Positions 25,972 through 36,711 of a stretch of 64,000 bases of DNA are shown piece after piece. The stretch's first letter is position 1. Each line of letters begins with the position of its first letter. Source of the DNA: Thermoanaerobaculia bacterium (GTDB lineage: Bacteria; Acidobacteriota; Thermoanaerobaculia; Multivoradales; Multivoraceae); assembly GCA_963664405.1 (NCBI GenBank), contig OY761158.1, positions 1,248,001-1,312,000 on the forward strand. Direction: 5' to 3'. The notes below the pieces were generated by a model. That model worked only from the letters and a program-made list of their open reading frames with translations, did no database searches and was not told the DNA's origin. A program made the translations under genes and the position numbers.

Positions 25972-27237
25972 GTGAACACGAACATCAGTCGCCGTCACTT
26001 CCTCACCAGCCTCGGGGCGAGTGGGGCCGCCCTCGCCGCCAGCGGGGCCCGCTTCGCTACGCCCGCCGCCGCCGCGATCCCGGGTGAGCGCCTCACCATC
26101 CATTCGGTCGACTGCTACCCGGTGAAGCTGTGGTCCGGGACTCCCGCTCTCAGCACTTTCCCTTCGCGCCGCGGCGCCATCACCTCCGACTTCGACCCTC
26201 GTCGCTGGCTCCCCTCGGGCCCCTTCGGGCAGCTCGGCGGGGCTACGGTGGTGGTGATCCACACCGACCAGGGGGTGACCGGTTACGGGCTGGGCTGTGG
26301 TGGGGCCGCCGCGGCCACCATCATCCACGGCCATCTACGCGATCTCCTGGTGGGGGCCGACGCACGCAATGTCGAGATGCTGTGGGAGCAGCTCTACGGG
26401 TCGGGGCTAGCCTACGGTCGGCGCGGTGTTTTTGTCATGGCTCTGAGTGGCATCGACAACGCGCTGTGGGACATCGCGGGCAAGGCCGCGGGCCTGCCGG
26501 TATGGCGCTTGCTGGGCGGCGTCCACAAAGAGCGGGTGCCGGCCTACTACACCGGGACTCTGGTCGAGCGGGGCCTGGACATGGGCTTCGAGAACTTCAA
26601 GCTGACGGGGATGCCCGCAATGTCGGAGGGGAGGGAGACGATGGCCCGCCTGCAGTCGGTGCTGGAGGAGGTGAGAGGCCAGATCGGCGACGAGCGCCGG
26701 CTGATGATCGACTGCTCGATGAAGTGGAACGACGTCGAGTTCACCATGGAGATGCACGATCGCCTGGCGCATCTCGGTCTCTACTTCATCGAGGAGCCGC
26801 TCTCGGCCGACGACATCCTGGGCTACGCCGAGCTGGTGCGACGTTTCGAAGGGCCGCTGGTGGCCTCCGGCGAGCACGAGTACACCCACTTCGGCTTCGA
26901 GATGCTCTTTCACCACGACGCGGTCCAGGTCGTCCAGCCCGATGTCAGCTGGTGCGGCGGCATCACCTCGCTGCGACGCATCAGCGTGATGGCCGAAGAG
27001 CGCGGCCTACCCTTCATCCCGCACCGTGGCGGCAGTCTCTTCGGCCTTCCCCTCGTTCTGACCTCTTCGAACGCGCCCATGGCCGAGAGCTTTGGCACCT
27101 TGGACGATGCAGCCAACGATCTGATGCTCGCCATGACCTCGCCCTTCGAGAGCGGACACTACCTGGCACCTTCCGGCCCTGGCTTCGGTACCGAGATCAC
27201 CGAGGATCTGGTCAGGCGCCACCTGGCACCGGCATAA
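25972..27237 (+). CDS. Mandelate racemase/enolase-superfamily dehydratase with a Tat signal
   Basis: SRRHFL; SGIDNALWDIAGK, EEPL, SGEHE, QPD. Confidence 0.9.
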   Translation: MNTNISRRHFLTSLGASGAALAASGARFATPAAAAIPGERLTIHSVDCYPVKLWSGTPALSTFPSRRGAITSDFDPRRWLPSGPFGQLGGATVVVIHTDQGVTGYGLGCGGAAAATIIHGHLRDLLVGADARNVEMLWEQLYGSGLAYGRRGVFVMALSGIDNALWDIAGKAAGLPVWRLLGGVHKERVPAYYTGTLVERGLDMGFENFKLTGMPAMSEGRETMARLQSVLEEVRGQIGDERRLMIDCSMKWNDVEFTMEMHDRLAHLGLYFIEEPLSADDILGYAELVRRFEGPLVASGEHEYTHFGFEMLFHHDAVQVVQPDVSWCGGITSLRRISVMAEERGLPFIPHRGGSLFGLPLVLTSSNAPMAESFGTLDDAANDLMLAMTSPFESGHYLAPSGPGFGTEITEDLVRRHLAPA

Positions 27238-27251
27238 GGAGTAACTACGCA

Positions 27252-29063
27252 ATGAGGAAACCTCTCGTATCGCCAAGCCTGCTGTTGGCAGCGTGTGCAG
27301 TTCTTTCAGTGGCCGCGGGGCCGGTCGTACCCCAAGCCGCATCGGGGACCGACTTCGTTCCGGTAACCGACGCCATGCTGCAGAGCCCGAGCGACGACGA
27401 CTGGCTGATGTGGCGGCGCACCCTCGACAGCTGGGCCTACAGCCCGCTAGACCAGATCAACCGCGAGAACGTGGGGGATCTCGCCCTGGTCTGGGCTCGA
27501 GGCATGACGGCCGGCATCCAGACCGGGACGCCGCTGGTCTACAACGGTGTCCTGTACATGCCGAACCCGAAGGATGTGATTCAAGCGATCGACGCGGTGA
27601 CCGGCGACCTCATCTGGGAGTATCGCCGCGAGGTCCCCGACGACATCATGGGCTACCTCGGCTCCCTCGCCGAGAACAACCGCAACCTCGCAATCTACGA
27701 CAATCTGATCATCGATACCAGCGTAGACGACTACATCTTCGCCCTCGACGCGAGAACGGGGGAGCTGGTCTGGGAGACCCAGATCCTCGATTACAAGAAG
27801 AAACCGGCGATTCAGGGCTCCGGCCCCATCATCGCCGACGGCAGAGCGATCTCGGGGCGCAGTTGCCGGACGCTCGGTGGGCCGGACGCCTGTGTTATCA
27901 CTGCGCACGACGCGAAAACCGGCAAGGAGCTGTGGCGGCGGCGGACGATTCCGGCGCCAGGCGAGCCTGGCAACGAGACCTGGGGTGACGTGCCCTTCGA
28001 AGAGCGAAAGCACGTCGGCAGCTGGACCGCGGCGAGCTACGATCCCCAGCTCGAGCTCATCTATATGGGAACATCGGTGACTTCGCCGGCGCCGAAGTTC
28101 CTGTTGGGTGGCACTAATCTCAAGCACCTCTACCACAACTCGACCCTCGCGCTCGAGGTAGATACCGGGGAGATCAACTGGTACTACCAGCATCTCAACG
28201 ACCACTGGGATTTAGACCATCCCTTCGAGCGCATCCTGGTCGACACCGCGGTGTCGCCCGACCGCAATGAAGTACCGTGGATCAATCCGCGTGTGCAGGC
28301 CGGTGAGGTCCGCAAAGTCATGACCGGGATTCCGGGCAAGACGGGTGTGGTCTACACAATCGACCGCGAGACCGGGGAGTTTCTGTGGGCTACACCGACG
28401 GTGCCGCAGAACGTAATCAGCAACATAGACGGGGCCACGGGCGCCGTGACCGAGAACGAAGAAACGGTCTTCACTGAGTTGGGGCAGACAATTCTAGTCT
28501 GCCCCACCTATGCAGGCGGTAGGGGCCCACAGGCCGGCGCTTACAGTCCGCTGACGAATATGATCTACAACCCCTTGCGCAACGCTTGCGCGCAGATGAC
28601 TTCTGACCTTGCCGGGCGACTCCCCACCTACGCGCTCGACGCCACCCACCAGATGGCACCCGGCTTCGAGCTGCTGGGAAATGTTCGGGCGGTTTCGGTG
28701 GAGACCGGCAAGACAGCTTGGATCTACGAGCAGCCGGCCGCCACTATGTCGATCTTCACCAGCGGGGGCGGGCTGGTGTTCGGCGGGGACGTGAAGGGAC
28801 GCTTCCGGGCCCTGGACCAGGAGACAGGCGAGGTGCTGTGGGAGGTCAATCTCGGCGCGATGGTCTCCGGCTATCCAATCAGCTATGGCGTCGACGGACG
28901 CCAATATATCGTCGCCTCGACCGGTAAATCGGTGCAGGGAATGAACGTCGAGGGGATCACGCCTACGACAACCACGGTGACCGGCGACTCCTCCAGGGGC
29001 CTGCCCTCGAGGTACCCGAACAACCTCTTCGTATTCGCACTCCCTCGGCCAGCCAGTGAGTGA
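27252..29063 (+). CDS. PQQ-dependent dehydrogenase
   Basis: AAGGAG RBS before ATG 27252; YSPLDQIN, DHWDLD, GRQYI. Confidence 0.92.
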   Translation: MRKPLVSPSLLLAACAVLSVAAGPVVPQAASGTDFVPVTDAMLQSPSDDDWLMWRRTLDSWAYSPLDQINRENVGDLALVWARGMTAGIQTGTPLVYNGVLYMPNPKDVIQAIDAVTGDLIWEYRREVPDDIMGYLGSLAENNRNLAIYDNLIIDTSVDDYIFALDARTGELVWETQILDYKKKPAIQGSGPIIADGRAISGRSCRTLGGPDACVITAHDAKTGKELWRRRTIPAPGEPGNETWGDVPFEERKHVGSWTAASYDPQLELIYMGTSVTSPAPKFLLGGTNLKHLYHNSTLALEVDTGEINWYYQHLNDHWDLDHPFERILVDTAVSPDRNEVPWINPRVQAGEVRKVMTGIPGKTGVVYTIDRETGEFLWATPTVPQNVISNIDGATGAVTENEETVFTELGQTILVCPTYAGGRGPQAGAYSPLTNMIYNPLRNACAQMTSDLAGRLPTYALDATHQMAPGFELLGNVRAVSVETGKTAWIYEQPAATMSIFTSGGGLVFGGDVKGRFRALDQETGEVLWEVNLGAMVSGYPISYGVDGRQYIVASTGKSVQGMNVEGITPTTTTVTGDSSRGLPSRYPNNLFVFALPRPASE

Positions 29064-29283
29064 CGCGTCTGAAAGTACGGTCCGACCGCCCGTATTACCG
29101 CACATCATGACTAGACCAGCGTTTCCAAAGTTCGTGTGCAATAGCTCGAGGTCATTCTGTTCGCTGGCCAGGCGCGCCGACGCAGGCATATTGGGCAATA
29201 TGTCGAGGAGGCGAAACGCCGTCAGCGGACAGAAGGGGCCGAGATATGTGCGCGAACTTTGGAAACGCTCGTCTAGCGCACAA

Positions 29284-30303
29284 TTGAAAATCAACGCCGT
29301 GCTCGTCGGCCTTGCCGCCTGTTTGATCACCGGGCTGCTGCACGCTGCAGATCCCATCGCCACAGACACCCACCGCTTCATCGAAATCAGAAACGGGATT
29401 TACCTGGCGCAAACGACGGCGTCGGTGTTCAACAGCAACTCGTTGGTTGTCGTCAACGACCAGGATGTCGTGGTGGTGGATTCCCATGCCACTCCGGCCA
29501 AAGCACGCGATCTCGTCGCTTCGATCAAGGCGATCACAGCGAAGCCCGTGACCGCGCTGATCAACTCCCACCATCATTGGGACCACACCAACGGCAATCA
29601 GGAGTTCACCGACATTCCGATCATCGGCCATGAGTTCACCTATATGAAACTGGCGATCGCGCCGCATGAAGAGGTAAGCCGTCACCGTGGTCTCAGCCGC
29701 CAGAATGGAGAATTGGCTCAGTTGAGGGAACAGATCGCGTCCGTCGAGGACGACGAGGAGAAAAAACGACTCGAGACCCAAGCGGCGGTGCTTGGCGCGC
29801 ACCTTGGCGACTTCGACGAGGTCGATCCGACGCCACCCAATGTGACTATCAGCGACCGCATGACGCTCTATCGAGAGAAGCGCGAGATCCAGGTAATCTT
29901 CACTGGGCGCGCTCATACAGGGGGTGACGTCGTCGTCTACTTTCCCCAGGACAGGCTCGTCTTCACCGGCGATATGGCGCTAGGAGGGCCGTCATTCATG
30001 GGCGACGGGTTCGTCGATGAGTGGCCCCAGACCATGGAGAATCTCAAAGCGCTCGATTTCGACATCTTCGTTCCTGGCCACGGCAAGCCGGTCACCGACT
30101 TGAGAAGAATCGATCTCGTTCAGGAGTACTACAGAGACCTTTGGAAGAAGACGGCCGCCAAGCATGCCGCAGGGGTGAGCCCGGAGGAGGCTGCCCGCAC
30201 CATCGACATGACCAATCACACCGAGATCCCCATCCCAGAGCCGGGCGTGAACCTCCTGGCAGTAGAACGGATGTACACTCGGCTGGAGAGGCTCCAGAAA
30301 TGA
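29284..30303 (+). CDS. Secreted MBL-fold metallo-hydrolase
   Basis: SHHHWDH, AHTGGD, FTGD, PGHG; TTG start gives a signal peptide. Confidence 0.9.
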   Translation: MKINAVLVGLAACLITGLLHAADPIATDTHRFIEIRNGIYLAQTTASVFNSNSLVVVNDQDVVVVDSHATPAKARDLVASIKAITAKPVTALINSHHHWDHTNGNQEFTDIPIIGHEFTYMKLAIAPHEEVSRHRGLSRQNGELAQLREQIASVEDDEEKKRLETQAAVLGAHLGDFDEVDPTPPNVTISDRMTLYREKREIQVIFTGRAHTGGDVVVYFPQDRLVFTGDMALGGPSFMGDGFVDEWPQTMENLKALDFDIFVPGHGKPVTDLRRIDLVQEYYRDLWKKTAAKHAAGVSPEEAARTIDMTNHTEIPIPEPGVNLLAVERMYTRLERLQK

Positions 30304-30384
30304 TGGCTATCATTTCCTCCGCCTCTAGTTGTCTTTTGGCGCCGAGGACGGCGCACTTTGAGCTTGCTTCCTATTCGCTCCGGG
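30292..30384 (+). repeat. ~90-bp imperfect direct repeat, copy 1 (contains palindrome)
   Basis: Matches 32032..32122. Confidence 0.9.
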
Positions 30385-30557
30385 AAACGGCTCAGACAGA
30401 TTCTGCAAGTCTCGGGTGAGGTTGGCGCGGAGAAATACTCGCTTGTCCGAATACTCGCCCGCGCTCAATCCTGACTGAGAGTCGATGTCCTCGCGCCATC
30501 TCCGGCGCTCGAGCCGGGTTAGTATCTGAAAACCACCACACCAAGGAGGGCGTCACG

Positions 30558-32030
30558 ATGAGCAAGAAGCAGACCCGCCGGGAGTTTCTACAGCAGTCTT
30601 CTCGCCTGGTAGCCGGCACGGCTCTGGCGGGGCAGGCAGCGACACGCGCCGGTGCCCAACAGGAGAGGCCGCCCAACCTCCTCTTCTTCTTCCCCGACCA
30701 GCACCGTCCCGACTGGATCGGCTACGGCCCCAACGCGCTGCCCATCTCGACTCCGAACCTCGCGCGCCTGGCTCGCACCGGCGTGAGCTTCAACCGGGCC
30801 GTCGTCTCCTCGCCCGTCTGCGCGCCCTCGCGTGCCTGCCTCGCCGGCGGACGCGAGTACGACCGCTGCGGCGTGCGCAAGAACGGCATCCCGTATCCAC
30901 GAGATCGCACCACCTACTACCGTCTGCTGCGCGACGCGGGCTACCACACCATGGGAGTCGGCAAGCTCGACCTGGCACAAGGCACCAGGGACTGGGGCTC
31001 GATGCACGCCGACGCCTGGGGCTTTTCGGCAATGATCAACAACGCCGGCAAGGCCGCGGGCATGGGGGCCTACCTCAGTGACCCGGTCGGACCCAAGGGC
31101 CCTTACTACGAATATCTCGACTCTCTCGAGCCACCTCGAGGCCGCGCCTGCGCCGAAGACCTTGCACGGCGCAGCTCCAACCGTCCCGACGGCTGGTGGG
31201 GTGCCGGTACCCCTTCGCCGCTCGGAAACGACGCTTACTGCGACAACTGGATCGCGCGCAACGGCTTGAAGCTGCTCCGGGAGGCACCGGCCGAGCGGCC
31301 GTGGCATCTGGTCATCAACTTCGTCGGCCCGCACCCCTCGTTCGACATCACCCGCGAGATGGAACGAACTGTCCGTGGTCCGGATCGGATCATCAAAGGG
31401 CTGCCGACGCCGCATCACTACCACAAGGGGACGTTCAGCGCTGAAATGCACGTACGCTCGAGGCAAAACTACACCGCCATGATCGAGAACATCGACGGCT
31501 GGCTCGGCCGTTACATCGACATGCTCGAAGAGACCGGTCAGCTGGAGAACACGATCATCGTCTACAGCTCCGATCATGGCGAGATGTTGGGAGACCACGC
31601 CCGCTGGGGCAAGTCAGTGCCCTATCAGGCGTCCCTCGGAGTGCCGCTCCTGGCCGCGGGGCCCGGCATCCGCGCCGGCTTCGAAAGCGACGCGCTAGTG
31701 ACGATCATGGATCTGGCAGCGACCTTTCTCGACTACGGTGGGGTCAACGTTCCCTCCGATATGGACAGCCGCTCGCTGCGACCGCTGCTTGAGGGCCGGA
31801 CCGACAACCACCGCGACGCTTTGCTCTCCGGTCTGTTGACTCCTGAGGGCGACTGGCGACTGGTGTGGGACGGCCGCTACAAACTAGTACGAGACTTCGG
31901 CGACGAGCAATATCAGCTCTTTGACCTCGAGGCCGACCCTCTCGAGACTCTCAACCTGGCTTCTCGCGAGGCCGGCCGCGCGCGCCGCATGAAAGACTGG
32001 CTACCGGAGGGCTTCGAGGAGTCCGCCTAG
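30558..32030 (+). CDS. Tat-exported sulfatase
   Basis: TRREFL; CAPSR; SSDHGEMLGDH. Confidence 0.92.
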   Translation: MSKKQTRREFLQQSSRLVAGTALAGQAATRAGAQQERPPNLLFFFPDQHRPDWIGYGPNALPISTPNLARLARTGVSFNRAVVSSPVCAPSRACLAGGREYDRCGVRKNGIPYPRDRTTYYRLLRDAGYHTMGVGKLDLAQGTRDWGSMHADAWGFSAMINNAGKAAGMGAYLSDPVGPKGPYYEYLDSLEPPRGRACAEDLARRSSNRPDGWWGAGTPSPLGNDAYCDNWIARNGLKLLREAPAERPWHLVINFVGPHPSFDITREMERTVRGPDRIIKGLPTPHHYHKGTFSAEMHVRSRQNYTAMIENIDGWLGRYIDMLEETGQLENTIIVYSSDHGEMLGDHARWGKSVPYQASLGVPLLAAGPGIRAGFESDALVTIMDLAATFLDYGGVNVPSDMDSRSLRPLLEGRTDNHRDALLSGLLTPEGDWRLVWDGRYKLVRDFGDEQYQLFDLEADPLETLNLASREAGRARRMKDWLPEGFEESA

Positions 32031-32031
32031 C

Positions 32032-32122
32032 CTCCGGAAATGATGGCTATCATTTCCTGCGGCTAGTTATCTTTTGGCGCCGAGGACGGCGCACTTTGAG
32101 CTTGCTTCTTATTCGCTTCGGG
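32032..32122 (+). repeat. ~90-bp imperfect direct repeat, copy 2
   Basis: Matches 30292..30384. Confidence 0.9.
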
Positions 32123-32327
32123 TATCGTTGTCGTTTGAGGCTAGAGGAGTCTTCGCGGCAGGAAAGGCAACGCTGCCCGAAGCGCATGAGAAGCAAGTCC
32201 CGAGTGCGCCGTCTGCGGCGCCATGTTCAGCATCCGTAGGAAGTGATACCGATCACTTCCGCAGGATGGGTCAGCGGGCACATTCGAACGAAAACCTACG
32301 GTTTCTTTTCGTAGGAGAGTCCTTCAG

Positions 32328-32915
32328 TCAAGTCTGATCTTCTCCTCCGGCCGCCGCCACGTAGTTGTAGAGCGTTGGCTTGGAGATCCCCATCAGCTTG
32401 CAGATCTCACGCAGGGTGTGCTTCCGTTCGCGATAGAGGCGAACCGCCAGAGCGCGCTTGGACTCATCGAGAGCCTTGGGACGGCCCCCTTTGCGCCCGC
32501 GAGCTCGGGCAGCCTTCAAACCAGCGTGCGTCCGATCTCGGATCAGATTTCGCTCGAATTCAGCGAGGGCTCCGAAGATGTGGAAGGTCAGCTTCCCGGA
32601 GCTGGACGTGGTGTCAATGGATTCGTGAAGGCTCCGCAGCCCGATCCCACGCTCATCGAGCTCGCCAACAAGTTGGATTAGATCCTTGAGTGAGCGCCCT
32701 AGGCGATCGAGTCGCCAGACCGTGAGGGTATCGCCGCGTCGTACATAGTCCAACGCGGCTGCCAGCCCCGGCCGGGCTGCTTTCGCGCCACTCATCGTAT
32801 CTTCGAGGATCCTGTCGCAGCCGGCCTTCTGGAGAGCATCTCGCTGCATGTCCAGATTCTGATCGTCGGTCGAGACTCGTGCATATCCAATCTGCATAGT
32901 GAGCGTCACAGGCAA
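32328..32915 (-). CDS. tnpR: Serine resolvase
   Basis: GYARVSTDDQ, RLDRLGRS, C-terminal HTH; divergent from the Tn3 transposase. Confidence 0.95.
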   Translation of the reverse strand: MPVTLTMQIGYARVSTDDQNLDMQRDALQKAGCDRILEDTMSGAKAARPGLAAALDYVRRGDTLTVWRLDRLGRSLKDLIQLVGELDERGIGLRSLHESIDTTSSSGKLTFHIFGALAEFERNLIRDRTHAGLKAARARGRKGGRPKALDESKRALAVRLYRERKHTLREICKLMGISKPTLYNYVAAAGGEDQT

Positions 32916-33054
32916 GAAAACCGTTGGAAGCTGCGATATTCTATCGTAGATTGTTTTACCGAGATATTTGCCTACCAGGGCGGCTTTTCACCCTGAAAGC
33001 CGTCGACAACCATGAAGGGCAGAAAAACGGACGTTTTCTTGACCCTGTATTCAG

Positions 33055-35157
33055 TTGGGTAATCGCGACCGAGCCAGCCGGCGAGAGCGCCTCCCGCTTC
33101 TCTTGCGTTCGGACCCGTCAGACGACGAGCTAGCTCGCGTTTGGACTCTCGAACCCTCAGATCTGCCTGAGCTGGAGAGTCGGTTTCGATCTCGGTATCG
33201 CCTCGGCAATGCGATCCAGCTCTGCCTGCTTCGCCAGTTCGGACGATTCCTCCGGGACTTGAGGCTCGTATCGCCGCGAGTCGTGAGTCACGTGGCGCAA
33301 CAGCTTGGAGGTTCGGCTCCACTGGAGGTTGAGGTCCCCCGGCGGGAGGCAACGCTCCTCCAACATCAATCAAACCTGCTCGACCTGGCGGGGTTTCGCC
33401 GCTTTGACGAAGCTGCCCGCGCGGACATCGAGAACTGGCTGGCTTCGAGGGCACAAGCAGGCCAGCTTCCAGATTCGCTCGTCGAGCGAGCCGAGCTCTA
33501 CCTCCTCCGGCGTCGAGTCGTCTGCCCAGCCTCGACGACCTTGGAGCGACTCGTCGTCAACGTCTGTGCCGGCGCACAGAAGGATCTCTTCGAGAGGATC
33601 CAAAGCGACCTGAGCCCCGAGCTGCGAGCTCGTCTGGATCAGGTTCTCTCTGCAGATGACGCGGATCAGCGCTCTTTCTTCCAGCGTCTCAAGGAGTCCC
33701 CACCATCGGCGAAGGTTCGGTCGATCAACCAATACTTGAAGCGGTACAAAGAGCTGGAAGCACTCCTCGAGGGTAAGTCCGATGCGCCACCTGTAGATCC
33801 TGAGTTCGCCTCGCATCTTGCGAACCTGGCTCGCGTCCACTCGGCCTGGCACCTGAAACGGTTCCGCGAGCACAAACGGCACGCCCTGATGGCCTGTTTC
33901 CTTCATGAGAGTCGGAAGGAGATTCTCGACCACCTCGTAGAGATGCATGACCAGTACGTCCTCAACTTGAGCCGCCAAGCACGCGCTGCCCACGAGACCG
34001 AGTATCGAGCCCGACGGAAGCGACAGCGCACCGCTCTTGGTCGAGTGCTGAAGGTGGTCTCGAACCTACTCGACATGCCTGCTGACGAGCCGGTGGCCAG
34101 AGCCGATCTGATCGACAGCGATGCGGAACCTCTCTTGCGCGAGTCGCTCCAAGATCTCAGGTTCTTTGAGCGACTCCAGGTCAGGGGCTACGGTGAGCGC
34201 CTCATCGCGAGGTATCCAACGCTCAGGAAGTACTTCCGTCACTTCCTCGAGCTTCCCTTTGAAGCAGCCTCTGGCAGCGAATCTCTTCTCGGAGCGATCG
34301 AGCTCGTCAGAACCCTCGACAGCACGTCCCTCCTACGGCTACCCGATGACGCCGAGACAAGTTTCGTCCCAAACGAGCTTCGTCCCATTCTCCACGATGC
34401 CGAGGGCCAACTGCGGAGGAATGCGTGGGAGTTGGGACTCGCCCTGGCAATGCGCGACGCGTTGCGGGCCGGTGACCTCTACCTACCCAAGAGCAGGCAG
34501 CACGTTTCGTTCTGGGACCTCATCCTGGACGAATCGCGGTGGGAGTCGGCTCGCTCGGAATCCTACGCCGAGCTCGGCCAGCCGCAGTCGATCGAGGTCA
34601 GGAGCGCTCTGGCGAACCAGTTCAACTACACCGTCTCCAAGGCTGAGGAAGCGTTTGGCGAGAACGCCTTCGCCACGGTCACCAACGGCAGGCTCAGACT
34701 GAAAAGAGACGATCTCGGCCGCCCCAGGGAAAGCCGCCTCCAGCAGACGATCAGCGCCAATCTCCCATTGATCCGAGTCGAGAATCTCTTAATGGAGGTC
34801 GACAGGGCAACGGGTTTCTCGAAGAGTTTCGTCCCGATCGAGCCGCACCGATCTCGCCCTGATCAGTTCTACAAGTCGCTCCTGGCGACGATCATCTCGC
34901 AAGCAACCAACCTGGGCGTGGTCGCGATGGCCCAGAGTGTTCCTAGCGTCACTCTCGACATGCTGCGGCACACCATGCAGCACTACCTTCGAGACGAGAC
35001 CCTCAAGGATGCAAACGCGGCAATCGTCGACGCTCACCACCACCTGCCTTTGAGCTCGCTGCATGGCGATGGTCGGTTCTCCTCCTCTGACGCCCAGCGC
35101 TTCAAGATCCGCGCCGACAGCCTCCTTGGTTCCTACTACCCGCGGTACTTCGGCGAG
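33055..35157 (+). pseudogene. tnpA: Tn3-family transposase, 3' truncated; res site expected in 32916-33054
   Basis: DUF4158-like N-terminus, LRAGDLY, ATNLG, SSSDAQRF..PRYFG, then unrelated sequence. Confidence 0.85.
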
Positions 35158-35350
35158 GTAGACCAACAGAGGCATCTGCGTGCTGCAAAGTGTCGGCTGT
35201 CGATATGTCGCGATCAGCCGCAATCTTCGCGGCGAAGACCTCCCCCTTCTCCAGGAATGCCGCACGACCACGGGTGAAGAGACCGCCGATGCCCTCCGCC
35301 AGATCCTTCTCCTTGCAAGAGGCTTACTTGTTTTTTAGAATGGAAATATC

Positions 35351-36325
35351 GTGAAGAAGACCTCAATCGTGGTGGGGCTTCTTGTCGTGGCGCTCGGAGG
35401 CGTGCCGAGTCCGGCGCAGGGGCAGGGCTGGTATCTGGGGAGCGAACTGGGCGCGCACGTGGTCCCGGCCTTGGGCATCACCGGGCTGTCCAACGACCGA
35501 GCGAGTGTATGTGACGAGTTCATCAATCCGCAGTATGCAACGGTGCCGCAGACGGCGGGATATGAAGCCTACAACTGCGCGGGACCGGATCGCAGGGACA
35601 ACTGGGTTAATCAGTTCGCCAGGGCCACGGGCTTGCAGGCCAGCTGGGTGCTGGGGTATCGCTTCGGGGCCGACGCCTCTGGCCCGCGGTGGCGCCACGT
35701 GCGGACGGAGATGGAATACTTCTACCGCGCCACCGCCTACGACCAGACCGTCGCCGTGCCCGGCCTCGGCGCTGGCTCGGGCAGCGTCACCGCCGACAAG
35801 CTGAATCAAGAACTTCAGACGGCGACGGACCACCTCGGCCGTGTGACCTCGCACACCCTGTTCGCGAACCTGTATTGGGACGTTCGGACCCGCAGTCGGC
35901 TCACGCCCTATGTCGGCGTGGGTGTGGGGATCGGGTCGACGGCGGTGGCCTACGGCAGTCTGTGGTCGAGGAACGCCAATCCCACGGCGATTACCACCGG
36001 CGAGGGGCTGCCCAACGTGGACGACATTCGCCAGAACCTGGCAGCCACGACAAGTAGTTTCCAGGGCATCCTGTCCGACACGCTGGTCAGCCAGCAGGTG
36101 TTGGTCGGAGTGAACTACGCGCTCACCGAGGGTCTGTCGGTGGGTGTCAAGGGTCGCTGGGTCCACGGTGCGGCCTTCGAGAGTGACGACGCGCTCGTCT
36201 TGGATCCGCTGCGTAGTCACGTCCCCAATCTGCGCCGCGATGGGAGCGAACCCGTCTCGGGGCAGCTGCTGACCGACGCCAGCACGCTCTGGGATGTGGG
36301 CCTGAGTCTCACGTACCACTTCTAA
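35351..36325 (+). CDS. Outer-membrane beta-barrel (opacity-like) protein
   Basis: Signal peptide, GWYLG, EMEYFYR, TPYVGVGVG, C-terminal YHF. Confidence 0.8.
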   Translation: MKKTSIVVGLLVVALGGVPSPAQGQGWYLGSELGAHVVPALGITGLSNDRASVCDEFINPQYATVPQTAGYEAYNCAGPDRRDNWVNQFARATGLQASWVLGYRFGADASGPRWRHVRTEMEYFYRATAYDQTVAVPGLGAGSGSVTADKLNQELQTATDHLGRVTSHTLFANLYWDVRTRSRLTPYVGVGVGIGSTAVAYGSLWSRNANPTAITTGEGLPNVDDIRQNLAATTSSFQGILSDTLVSQQVLVGVNYALTEGLSVGVKGRWVHGAAFESDDALVLDPLRSHVPNLRRDGSEPVSGQLLTDASTLWDVGLSLTYHF

Positions 36326-36711
36326 AGCGGGACGCTGGTGCCGGCTCGCCGCCCTGGGCCGCGAAGAAGCGCAACAGCGCGAGCGCACCCGATCCGTACG
36401 TGAGGCCGCCCGTCAACACCACATCAACACCACATCAACCGGGGAAATCTCCAGCGTCGAGCGCACGACAATTCGCACCTGGCTCGGCTGGTCGGCTCGA
36501 CACAAGTGGGTGAGCCGGGCGAACGCGGGGCGGCGGTCAACGCCGTGGCCGAGAGTCTGGCCGCGTTCGGATGGCAGCAGCCCATCGTGATCGACCCGAA
36601 GCGGGTCATCGCGCGTGGACTGATGTGTTCGTGCGCGAGCTCTGCGACTTGACCGGAGCGGTCTCGAGCATCTTGAGCGGGACCCTGAGACAGTAGTAGA
36701 AAGGGGCGGAT

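Noticed and set aside
26130-27251. 977-aa PQQ fusion protein
   Set aside because: The extension is an alternate frame of the dehydratase; RBS and signal peptide mark ATG 27252 as the start
30292-32122. Integron attC sites or CRISPR repeats
   Set aside because: No RYYYAAC/GTTRRRY ends, no intI, no regular spacers and no cas genes anywhere in the window
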